Source of the DNA: Longimicrobiales bacterium
Lineage (GTDB): Bacteria > Gemmatimonadota > Gemmatimonadetes > Longimicrobiales > RSA9
Length of the DNA stretch: 64,000 nucleotides
Reading direction: 5' to 3'
Assembly: GCA_050732635.1 (NCBI GenBank)
Contig: JBOHRE010000001.1
Span: 5,017-69,016, forward strand
This document shows positions 32,330 to 40,639 of this stretch, one piece after another. The notes below the pieces were generated by a model, which saw only the letters and a list, made by a program, of their open reading frames with translations, made no database searches and was not told the DNA's origin. Both the position numbers and the translations under genes were made by a program. Each line of letters begins with the position of its first letter. Within the stretch, counting starts at the first letter, position 1.

Positions 32330-33448
32330 TCAGCCAGGACTGTCGCCGCCGGCGATCGCCTCCAGAAATTCATAGTGGCGTTCGGCCACGACCGCCCAAC
32401 GGAAACGGCCGGCCGACGCGCGGGCACGCTCACTCAGCGCGCGCCGCCTGCCCTCATCGGCGAGCAGTGAGGTCAGCACCGTGGCGAGCCCGGCGACGTC
32501 GCCCGGCTCGACCAGCACTCCCACGTCCGGCGGCACGACCTCGGCCAGCGCCCCGGCGTGCGAGGCGACCACGGGCACGCCCGCAGCCAGCGCCTCGGCC
32601 GCGACCAACCCAAAGCCTTCGAAGCGTGAGGGCATCACCAGGATCTCGGCGCCCGCCAGCAACTCGGTCCGCTCACGATCGCTCACCGGCCCCAGCAGCC
32701 GCACCGCGTTCGTTAGCCCGAGTCGCCCGACCATCTCCCGCAGCCGGTCGGCGTCCCGACCGCGACCGGCTACCTTGAGCTCGATACCCGCTCTCGCTTC
32801 GCGCACCCGCGCAAGCGCGGCCAGCAGCGTATCCAGTCCCTTCTGAAAGACATCGAGGCGGCCAAAGTATAACAGGTATCCCTGAGGCCGACGACGCACC
32901 TCGAAGAACGAATCGTCGACGCCCGCGCCGACCATGAACAGCCCCGTGCCGGCGCTGGCGATCGACCGCACTCGCGCCAGCGTCCACTGTGATGGTGTGC
33001 TGATCCAGCGCGCCCGTCGGATCAGCCGCCGCTCCAGCGCCGCCAGCCCGCCCCCCAGGATGCGACCCCACCGCTCGGCCGCGGTCACACCAGTCAGGTG
33101 GTGTACGACCAAGCCGACGGGCATACCATGCGGCACCCGCACCGGTGCGTAGACCGAAAAATCGAGCACCGCCGCGTCGTACCCACCCGACCGCGCACCA
33201 CGGATGAGCTTCGCTGCCGCCCGCGCGTAGCTCGCCCGGCTCAGAACGTAAGGCCGCGGTGCGCCGACGCGCAGGTACGAGACTCCCGCGATCGTCTCTT
33301 CCCGCGCGCCTGGGTAATTTCCGGTGACGACCAGGACCGATACGCGATCGGTCAGTCGCCGATAGATCTCGTGCGCCCGGGCAGCGCCTCCGCCACCCAC
33401 CCACGGATTTGCCCGATCATCATAGATGCAGTGCAATATGCGCAGCAC
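32330..33448 (-). CDS. GT4 (GT-B fold) glycosyltransferase
   Basis: The C-terminal EGFGLVAAEALAAGVPVVAS motif is typical of glycosyltransferase group 1. Confidence 0.8.
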   Translation of the reverse strand: MLRILHCIYDDRANPWVGGGGAARAHEIYRRLTDRVSVLVVTGNYPGAREETIAGVSYLRVGAPRPYVLSRASYARAAAKLIRGARSGGYDAAVLDFSVYAPVRVPHGMPVGLVVHHLTGVTAAERWGRILGGGLAALERRLIRRARWISTPSQWTLARVRSIASAGTGLFMVGAGVDDSFFEVRRRPQGYLLYFGRLDVFQKGLDTLLAALARVREARAGIELKVAGRGRDADRLREMVGRLGLTNAVRLLGPVSDRERTELLAGAEILVMPSRFEGFGLVAAEALAAGVPVVASHAGALAEVVPPDVGVLVEPGDVAGLATVLTSLLADEGRRRALSERARASAGRFRWAVVAERHYEFLEAIAGGDSPG

Positions 33449-33486
33449 TTAACTCACTGTCTTTCGGTGTTTTATGTGTCGCGATC

Positions 33487-34725
33487 TCATGTGTCTTCGA
33501 GGGAAGCGCTGGCGCGCGAGTGGCGGTCGTGCCAGGCCGAAACGACATCCCGATACAGCAGGATCAGCCGATCGGTGATCGCCGGCCAGGCAAACTCTCG
33601 GCTCACGTGCAGGCGGCCCTCTTTGCCGAGCCGGTGCGCGAGTGCGGGGTCGTCGGCGAGGCGAAGAATCGAGCGGCGCAGCGCCTCGCTGTCGCCCGGC
33701 GGCACCAGCAGGCCGGTCCGCTCGTGCCGAACGACGTCTGGAATGCCGCCGACGTCGCTGGCGATGGCGGGAACGCCATGGCCGAGCGCTTCGACGAGGA
33801 CCACGCCGAGACCCTCGGTATCGCCCTTCTCGTCAAAGACGGCCGGTAGCACGAAGACATCAGCGGCACCGAGGTGCGCAGCGAGCGTGTCGGGGGGGAC
33901 GAAGCCGTGGAATGCGACATCGCCCGTCAGCGCCAATGCCCGACTCTGCGTCTCCAGCTCAGCACGCAGCGGTCCTTCGCCGACGATGTGCAGGTGCGGC
34001 CGCCGGGCGGGCTCGATGCGCGCGAGCGCGTCCAGCAGGTGACGGACCCCCTTGCGCTCGACGAGGCGCCCGACGAAGAGCAGGTTCAGCCGGCCCGCCT
34101 GCGGTGCCGCCTCGCGGGCGTGCTCGGCCGGCGGCTCGATCGTGGCACCGAACGGGATCCGCGCGATCGGGCGGTCGTGGATCATGCGTATCAACCGGAC
34201 GGTGTACGACGAATTCGCGGTGACGCCGTCGGCCGTGCGGATCATGCGGCGGAGCAGGGGGCGTAGCGGCCGAAGCTGGCCACGGGTCCAGGTCAGCTCG
34301 ACGCCATGGAAGGAGAGAATGAGTGGAATGCGGCCCGCGGTGCGGGCGGCCATGCCGATGAGCGCGTGCGGGATGGGCCAGTGCACGTGCACGAGGTCGA
34401 AGCGACGCGAGCGGGCGAGGCGGACCGCGGCGGCTGCGCCGGCCGCGACGTACCCGGGCACGAGACCGAGATAGGCCGGGCGCTCGCGCACCCGGTCCGG
34501 CGCTGTCTGATCATGCGTCAGATCCTCGAAGCGCGCGGGTGCATAGCGGAAGCGGTGGACCGGGATGCCGTCGATCTCCTGATCGGCGAGCCCGCGGTAG
34601 GCGGGAGCGAGCACCTCGGCGTCGACGCCCCGGGCGCGCAACCGGGCGAGGCTCTGTGCGAGCCAGGGCGTGATCACGTCGTGCTCGTCGCGCGCGAAAG
34701 CCGAGACGACGTACAGGACCCTCAC
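33487..34725 (-). CDS. GT4 (GT-B fold) glycosyltransferase
   Basis: EGLGVVLVEALGHGVPAIASDVGGIPDVV motif. GTGA overlap with the upstream methyltransferase. Confidence 0.8.
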   Translation of the reverse strand: MRVLYVVSAFARDEHDVITPWLAQSLARLRARGVDAEVLAPAYRGLADQEIDGIPVHRFRYAPARFEDLTHDQTAPDRVRERPAYLGLVPGYVAAGAAAAVRLARSRRFDLVHVHWPIPHALIGMAARTAGRIPLILSFHGVELTWTRGQLRPLRPLLRRMIRTADGVTANSSYTVRLIRMIHDRPIARIPFGATIEPPAEHAREAAPQAGRLNLLFVGRLVERKGVRHLLDALARIEPARRPHLHIVGEGPLRAELETQSRALALTGDVAFHGFVPPDTLAAHLGAADVFVLPAVFDEKGDTEGLGVVLVEALGHGVPAIASDVGGIPDVVRHERTGLLVPPGDSEALRRSILRLADDPALAHRLGKEGRLHVSREFAWPAITDRLILLYRDVVSAWHDRHSRASASLEDT

Positions 34726-35609
34726 GCGGGCGGTCCGCTCGCGCGCCGCAACGCGAGGCAGGCGATGGCCGTGGCCATGGTCGCGACGGCGGCGCGGCCC
34801 TCCTTGCCGCGCACCCAGAGGAAGCGCGCGTCCGCCGAGGCCGCCGCGCTCGAGCGCTGCCAGCCCGACGTTGGATCGTGCCGGAAATAGTCCTCGGCTT
34901 CGAGCTGTCCGGCGAATGCGGATCTCAGCGCGGCGACTTGCTCCGCGTCGAACTGCTGCAGCCAGCCCAGGTTCTCCGGCTGACCGTAGGGCACGGTCAC
35001 GAGCAGCAGGCCGCCCGGTCGCAGCAGCCGACGGAACTCGCGCACGACCTCCACGAAGCTGCCGGGCTGCATTGCGGCATCCCGGTCCTCGCCGGTGTAC
35101 GCCGTATTGTCCAGGCCGACGTGCTCCAGGGTCGAGATGCAGACGACGGCGTCCATACAGGCATCGCGCAGAATCGTATCGCGGAGGTCGCCATAGATGT
35201 AGGAGAAGTTGCGGGCGCCCAGGACACCCTCGGGTGCCAGCGTGTACACGACCACCTCGGCCGATCGCACGCTCGGGTGGCGCGAGACCCAGCGGTGGTT
35301 CAGCGTCGATCCGGCATCGAGGATGCGCTGCCGGGCAGGCTCCAGCCGCGCCAGCACCCAGGCGTACTCGACCAACCGCTCGTCCATGCCGCGGCCGAAG
35401 CCGGCCGGTAGCGGCGCGCGGTCCAGTAACGCGCGCCGCAACGCCGCATCCCGTGTCGCCGCGACCAGACGCTGCTCCCGGAACCGGGCGTAGGCGCGCT
35501 TGGCCGCCCGATCCAACGGCGGCACGGCGCTACGAACGCGCCGCTCGAGCTCCAGAATCCTCGGATTCTGACGCGCACCCAGCGCCCTGCGAATCACCGA
35601 CCCGATCAT
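34722..35609 (-). CDS. class I SAM-dependent methyltransferase
   Basis: ILDAGS (motif I-like) and RLLRPGGLLLVTVPYG are present. The start is taken at the ATG at 35609; the alternative is the GTG at 35639. Confidence 0.6.
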   Translation of the reverse strand: MIGSVIRRALGARQNPRILELERRVRSAVPPLDRAAKRAYARFREQRLVAATRDAALRRALLDRAPLPAGFGRGMDERLVEYAWVLARLEPARQRILDAGSTLNHRWVSRHPSVRSAEVVVYTLAPEGVLGARNFSYIYGDLRDTILRDACMDAVVCISTLEHVGLDNTAYTGEDRDAAMQPGSFVEVVREFRRLLRPGGLLLVTVPYGQPENLGWLQQFDAEQVAALRSAFAGQLEAEDYFRHDPTSGWQRSSAAASADARFLWVRGKEGRAAVATMATAIACLALRRASGPPA

Positions 35610-35672
35610 TGTCGCTCGAAGGCGCCGCCGGCCGCACACGACTTGTCATGAAACGGGCGGTACGGCTAGGTT

Positions 35673-36452
35673 TTGCGAACTTTTCAACCTAATCCCGCAA
35701 AGAAACTGCCTCAAGCCGGAGTGGGGGACGGCCGGTCCCGTGCCCTCGTCATTGTCCCGACGTTCAACGAACGGGACAACCTGGAGCGGCTCACCGCCGA
35801 TGTCCTGAAGCAGGACGCGCGGATCGACATCCTCATTGTCGACGACGCTTCACCGGACGGTACCGGTCAGCTCGCCGACCAGCTTGCCGCCCAGAACCCG
35901 CGTATCATCGCGCTGCATCGTGTGGGCAAGCGCGGTCTCGGGACTGCCTATATCGAGGGCTTCCACTGGGGACTCGAGCGCGGCTACGCCTACCTCCTCG
36001 AGATGGATGCCGACTTCTCCCACGATCCCGCACACCTTCCTGAGTTCCTCGACGCCGCCGAGCAGTACGATCTCGTGCTCGGCTCGCGCTACCTGCACGG
36101 CCGCGTTACCGTCATCAACTGGCCGATTACCCGGCTGCTCCTCTCCTACTTCGCCAACGTCTACGCCCGGCTCGTCACAGGCCTGCCCGTGGCCGACGCT
36201 ACGGGAGGCTATAAGTGCTTCCGGCGTAACGTCTTGGAGACCATCCAGCTGGACGCCGTGCGCTCCGAGGGCTATGCCTTCCAGATCGAGATGAGCCTGC
36301 GCGCGTGGCGAGCCGGCTTCCGGCTCGGCGAGATCCCGATCGTTTTCGTGGATCGCGATGCCGGCGAGTCGAAGATGTCGAAGAAGATCATCCGCGAGGC
36401 GGTCTGGCGCGTCTGGCACCTCCGGCTGCTCGACCTCATGGGCCGGCTCTGA
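35673..36452 (+). CDS. ppm1: polyprenol-monophosphomannose (dolichyl-P-mannose) synthase-like GT2
   Basis: VIVPTFNERDNL, IVDDASPDGT, MDADFSHDP and GYKCFRR motifs, with no TM tail. The start may be the GTG at 35721. Confidence 0.75.
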   Translation: MRTFQPNPAKKLPQAGVGDGRSRALVIVPTFNERDNLERLTADVLKQDARIDILIVDDASPDGTGQLADQLAAQNPRIIALHRVGKRGLGTAYIEGFHWGLERGYAYLLEMDADFSHDPAHLPEFLDAAEQYDLVLGSRYLHGRVTVINWPITRLLLSYFANVYARLVTGLPVADATGGYKCFRRNVLETIQLDAVRSEGYAFQIEMSLRAWRAGFRLGEIPIVFVDRDAGESKMSKKIIREAVWRVWHLRLLDLMGRL

Positions 36453-36472
36453 TGGCGTAGGCGCCCGCGACC

Positions 36473-37072
36473 ATGGCGATCAAGGACCTCTTCTGGGCAT
36501 GCCCGTTGTGCTCCTCGCCGCAGGCTGTGCAGCGCGTTGGCCGGCACCACGCCTGCCGTGCCTGCAACGCTCGCTTCGTGCGGGGTCGGGCCGACCTGAT
36601 TCGCGCCATCCGCCGCGGCACCGAGCCGGAGGAACGGACTGCCGGCGAGTGGCTTCGGCGACTGCGCCCGATCCACCTCGACGGCGGGGAGCCGATCCTG
36701 CGCAGCCGCGTCCGCATCCGCGTCGCCGATCATGATCGGCCGGTGCACGGTGCCGGCGGCGAGTATTTGGGCCGCCACGAGGTCTTTGGGCCTACCATCA
36801 AAGGGCACCTGATACTGACCGCCGACGCGCTGACGTTCGAGCCCGACGGAACGGACGCGCCCCGCCGCTGGCCCCTCGACACCCTGACCGCCGTCGGCGC
36901 CTCGTCCTCGCTTCTACAGGCCCGCACCCGACAGGGTCGGCTCCACGAGATCCGCTTTCCCATCGCCTCTCTCCGCGTCTGGGATGAGCTGCTTCGACAG
37001 GCGCTGCGCGAACACCATCGCCGGCGCGGACGCGAGATCGTCGAGTTCCTGCCTCGCATCATCACCCGATGA
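36473..37072 (+). CDS. hypothetical zinc-ribbon protein with a PH/GRAM-like C-terminal domain
   Basis: CPLCSS...CRAC four-Cys ribbon. The later segment GHLILTADALTFEPDG...IRFPIASLRVWDELL resembles bacterial PH/GRAM folds. ATGA overlap with plsC. Confidence 0.4.
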   Translation: MAIKDLFWACPLCSSPQAVQRVGRHHACRACNARFVRGRADLIRAIRRGTEPEERTAGEWLRRLRPIHLDGGEPILRSRVRIRVADHDRPVHGAGGEYLGRHEVFGPTIKGHLILTADALTFEPDGTDAPRRWPLDTLTAVGASSSLLQARTRQGRLHEIRFPIASLRVWDELLRQALREHHRRRGREIVEFLPRIITR

Positions 37073-37755
37073 CGCTCTATCGAGCAGTCCAGGCCCTCGC
37101 CCGTCTCCTGACCCGCACCATCACCGCGGGGGATTTCCGCATGATCGGCCTCGAGAACGTGCCGCCGAGCGGGCCCTTCATCCTCGTCGCCAACCACCAG
37201 AGCTTCCTCGACCCGATCATCATTCAGGGCTTCTGTCCGCGCGTCCTCCATAGCATGGCCAAGAGCACCCAGTTCGCCTCGCCTCTTACCGGGCCCCTCA
37301 TGAAACGGCTTCGCGCCTTTCCGGCTCGGCGCTTCCAGATCGACCCGCAGTCCGTGCGCATTGCCCTGCGCCGGCTGCACCAGGGCGAGGCCGTCTCCAT
37401 CTATATCGAGGGCGAGCGGAGCTGGGACGGACGCCTCCAGGAGCCCCGCCTCGGCACCATCCGCCTCATTCTCAAGGCCGGCGTGCCTGTGGTGCCCTGC
37501 GCCATCGCTGGCTCCTACCACGTCCTGCCGCGCTGGGACAGCCGTCTGCGACGGCACCCGATTCGGGTCATCTTCGGCCCAGCGTTCCAGCTGCCCCAGT
37601 CCGACGACCGGTCCGTCCGCGAGCGCCTCGTCGAGCCCATCGGACGCCAGCTCATGGCCACGATCGGCACGCTCCTGAGCGCGATCGAGGCCGATCTCCC
37701 GCGCCAACCACTCCCTCCGGCGACAGAACCCGCGCCGAGCGCGGAGACGCGTTGA
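37069..37755 (+). CDS. plsC: 1-acyl-sn-glycerol-3-phosphate acyltransferase family (PlsC-like)
   Basis: The VANHQSFLDP (HX4D) and IYIEGERS motifs are present. Confidence 0.8.
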   Translation: MTLYRAVQALARLLTRTITAGDFRMIGLENVPPSGPFILVANHQSFLDPIIIQGFCPRVLHSMAKSTQFASPLTGPLMKRLRAFPARRFQIDPQSVRIALRRLHQGEAVSIYIEGERSWDGRLQEPRLGTIRLILKAGVPVVPCAIAGSYHVLPRWDSRLRRHPIRVIFGPAFQLPQSDDRSVRERLVEPIGRQLMATIGTLLSAIEADLPRQPLPPATEPAPSAETR

Positions 37756-37798
37756 TCCGAGGGGCGCTCCTGCGCTTGGGAGACCCCGGGAGAACTGG

Positions 37799-37865
37799 GG
37801 CAGGTCCGGAGAGAGGACGGCAGGTCCGTTGGGGGCAGGTCCGGTGGAGGCCGGGTCCGGTGGAG
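37799..37865 (+). repeat. degenerate tandem repeats GGCAGGTCCG(G) x3 plus GGTCCGGTGGAG x2
   Basis: Read directly. Copies start at 37799, 37819, 37834 and 37849 (period 15-20 nt), in the intergenic spacer just upstream of the dif-like site. Confidence 0.7.
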
Positions 37866-37922
37866 CCCAGCGCCAACGGCAAGTCCATGGGGTGGCGGCA
37901 CCATCGCGGCGCGGACCGTGTA

Positions 37923-37950
37923 AGTTGACATAATGTCTATTATGCGAAGT
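37923..37950 (+). other. dif: candidate dif (XerC/XerD chromosome dimer resolution) site: AGTTGACATAA-TGTCTA-TTATGCGAAGT
   Basis: 20 of 28 positions are identical to E. coli dif (GGTGCGCATAA-TGTATA-TTATGTTAAAT), including the inner CATAA/TTATG palindrome and an 11-6-11 layout. It sits in an AT-rich intergenic patch. Confidence 0.6.
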
Positions 37951-38041
37951 ACTTCGGGGAGGCGTGCCATGGCGCATCGATTGCGACCGGCGCGGAGCGG
38001 CCCGCGGTAGTTTAGCAGGCAGCACCGAGCACGGAACGCGA

Positions 38042-40627
38042 ATGGGCCTGGATACCTATCGACAGAAGCGGCGCTTCGACCGAACGCCGGAGCCTGCCGG
38101 CAGACTCGGCCGTACCGCGGGTGCCTTGCAGTTCGTGGTGCAGAAGCATGCCGCGCGGCGGCTGCACTATGATTTTCGGCTGGAGCTGAATGGCGTGCTG
38201 CTGAGCTGGGCGGTGCCGAAGGGGCCGAGTTACGACCCTGGGGAGAAGCGTCTGGCGGTTCACGTCGAAGACCACCCGCTCGAGTACGGGGACTTCGAGG
38301 GTGTGATTCCGCAGCGCGAGTATGGGGGCGGAACGGTCGTGTTGTGGGATCGCGGGGTTTGGGTGCCAAAGGGGGATCCGTCCGAGCAGTACGAGAAGGG
38401 GCGTCTGAAGTTCGAGCTGGCCGGCGAAAAGCTGATCGGCGGGTGGACGCTCGTGCGCATGGGCCGGCAGAACGCTGGTGAGAAGGAGAACTGGCTGCTG
38501 ATCAAGGAGCGGGACGGGACCGAACGCTCGCCCACTGAGGCGGACATCGTCGAAACGCGGCCGGAGAGCGTGGCAACCGGTCGTACGTTGGAGGAGATCG
38601 CCAGCCAGAAGGATCGGGTGTGGCGCTCGAAGGAGACGGTGACGGTAATCCCGAAGGGGCTTCCCGCGGCGAAGAAGGCCAGGCTGCCAGCGAAGACCGC
38701 GGTGAAGGCGCAGCTGGCCACCCTGGTCGATGCGGTACCCGAAGGTGACGACTGGTTGCACGAGATCAAGTTCGACGGCTATCGGCTGCTGTGCAGGCTG
38801 GAAAAGGGCGAAGCCGCGCTGGTCACGCGGAACGGCAAGGATTGGACGGAGCGCTTCGCGCCTCTGGCGCGCGCGGCGACCTCATTGGCGGCGAACGCTG
38901 CCCTGCTCGATGGTGAGGCGGTGGCGTTGAATGACAGTGGGCGCAGCGACTTCCAGCTCTTGCAGAACGCCCTCGGCGGCGGCGCGTCGCCGCTCGTGTA
39001 CTACGCGTTCGATTTGCTGCATCTCGAGGGCCACGACCTGCGTTCGGTGGGGCTGCTGGAACGCAAGCAGCTGTTGCGGGAGCTGCTCGAGCGCTCGGGC
39101 GTCGCCGGCGGGACGCTGCGCTACAGCGATCACGTGGTGGGCAACGGGCCGGCGTTTTTCGGGCAGGCCTGCGAGCTACAGCTCGAAGGCGTGATCAGTA
39201 AGCGTACGGATGCGCCCTACATCGAGGCGCGCAGCCGCACCTGGCTGAAGACGAAGTGCACACGCGAGCAGGAGTTCGTGATCGTCGGTTACACGGATCC
39301 GAAAGGCTCGCGCACCGGATTCGGCGCCCTGGCCGTGGGCTACCACGACGCGGAGGGCGAGCTCCGCTATGCCGGCAAGGTCGGAACTGGCTACGACGAG
39401 GCCACGCTGAAGGCGCTGCTGAGGCGGCTGAAGAAGCTCGAGCGGGAGGAGGCTCCGGTCGTGAACCCACCACGCGGTGGCGAAGCGCGCGGGCTCCACT
39501 GGGTCGAGCCGACACTGGTAGCCCAAGTCGCGTTCACGGAATGGACGCAGGACGACATTCTTCGGCACCCGGTGTTCAAGGGCCTGCGGGAGGACAAGGC
39601 GCCGAGCGAAGTCATTCGGGAGGCGCGGACCCCGCACCGGCGTGCGGAGCAGCAGGCGGCCGCCGAGTCGAATTCGCCACCGGCGCCCGGGCAGCAAGCA
39701 GGCCCGGAGGTCAGCCCGGAGGAGCTGACCGCGCTATTGAAGGATTTGCCGGCGATCCGGCTGACCAACCCGCAGCGCGTGCTCTTCCCTGCCGACGGTA
39801 TCACGAAGCAAGATCTGGCCGGCTATTATGCGCTGGTCGCGCGCTGGATGCTACCGCTGGTGCGCGATCGAGCGCTGACGCTGGTCCGCTGTCCCGAAGG
39901 CATCGATGGGCCCTGCTTCTATCAGAAGCACGTCGGCGAGGCAGTGCCCAAGAGCATCAAGCGCGTGCCAGTCGAGGAGGCCCGGAAGACGGGCATCTAT
40001 CTGTACGTCGATTCCGTCGAGGCCCTCGTCTCACTCGTACAGATCGGCGTGCTGGAGATCCATTTCTGGGGCTCGCGCATCGACAAGATCGAGAAGCCTG
40101 ACCTGCTGGTTCTGGACCTCGATCCGGACCCTGCTGTGTCCTGGTCACGGGTGGTCGAGGCCGCGCTCGAGCTGCGCGACCGGCTGGCTGAGCTCGGCCT
40201 GCAGTCCTTTGCTAAGACCACCGGAGGCAAGGGACTGCACGTCGTGGTTCCATTGACTCGCCGGACCGACTGGGAGGACGCCAAGGAGTTCGCCCGCGCA
40301 CTCGCCGAGGAGCGTGTGCGCCTCCACCCGAGGTCGTACACCGCAGCCGTCTCGAAGGCCAAGCGCAAGGGCAAGATCTACATCGATTACCTGCGCAACG
40401 CACGCGGCTCGACCGCGATCGCGCCGTACTCGACGCGCGCCCGCCCAGGCGCGCCGGTGGCTACACCAATCGCCTGGGACGAGCTGTCGACGCAGCTCGA
40501 CCCGGGGGCCCTTACGGTGCGGACCCTGCCCTCGCGCCTGCTCTCGCTGCGGCGCGATCCCTGGTCGGAGTACGCGACCGTGCGCCAGTCCATCACAGCC
40601 GCCGCACGAAAGGCGGTAGGTATGTAG
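38042..40627 (+). CDS. ligD: multidomain ATP-dependent DNA ligase LigD (phosphoesterase - ligase - polymerase/primase)
   Basis: The N-terminal 3-prime-phosphoesterase region has FVVQKHAARRLHYDFRLE. The ligase core has EIKFDGYR. The C-terminal LigD polymerase domain has FAKTTGGKGLHVVVP. The start is the internal ATG at 38042. Confidence 0.9.
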   Translation: MGLDTYRQKRRFDRTPEPAGRLGRTAGALQFVVQKHAARRLHYDFRLELNGVLLSWAVPKGPSYDPGEKRLAVHVEDHPLEYGDFEGVIPQREYGGGTVVLWDRGVWVPKGDPSEQYEKGRLKFELAGEKLIGGWTLVRMGRQNAGEKENWLLIKERDGTERSPTEADIVETRPESVATGRTLEEIASQKDRVWRSKETVTVIPKGLPAAKKARLPAKTAVKAQLATLVDAVPEGDDWLHEIKFDGYRLLCRLEKGEAALVTRNGKDWTERFAPLARAATSLAANAALLDGEAVALNDSGRSDFQLLQNALGGGASPLVYYAFDLLHLEGHDLRSVGLLERKQLLRELLERSGVAGGTLRYSDHVVGNGPAFFGQACELQLEGVISKRTDAPYIEARSRTWLKTKCTREQEFVIVGYTDPKGSRTGFGALAVGYHDAEGELRYAGKVGTGYDEATLKALLRRLKKLEREEAPVVNPPRGGEARGLHWVEPTLVAQVAFTEWTQDDILRHPVFKGLREDKAPSEVIREARTPHRRAEQQAAAESNSPPAPGQQAGPEVSPEELTALLKDLPAIRLTNPQRVLFPADGITKQDLAGYYALVARWMLPLVRDRALTLVRCPEGIDGPCFYQKHVGEAVPKSIKRVPVEEARKTGIYLYVDSVEALVSLVQIGVLEIHFWGSRIDKIEKPDLLVLDLDPDPAVSWSRVVEAALELRDRLAELGLQSFAKTTGGKGLHVVVPLTRRTDWEDAKEFARALAEERVRLHPRSYTAAVSKAKRKGKIYIDYLRNARGSTAIAPYSTRARPGAPVATPIAWDELSTQLDPGALTVRTLPSRLLSLRRDPWSEYATVRQSITAAARKAVGM

Positions 40628-40639
40628 CGTGGATTCGTT

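Noticed and set aside
37925-37953. The AT-rich patch as nothing more than a sigma-70 promoter for ligD (TTGACA at 37925).
   Set aside because: This is not fully rejected. With 16-18 nt spacing the -10 candidates (AAGTAC, AGTACT, GTACTT) are poor. The 11-6-11 dif-like layout explains the whole 28-mer better. The two roles could coexist.
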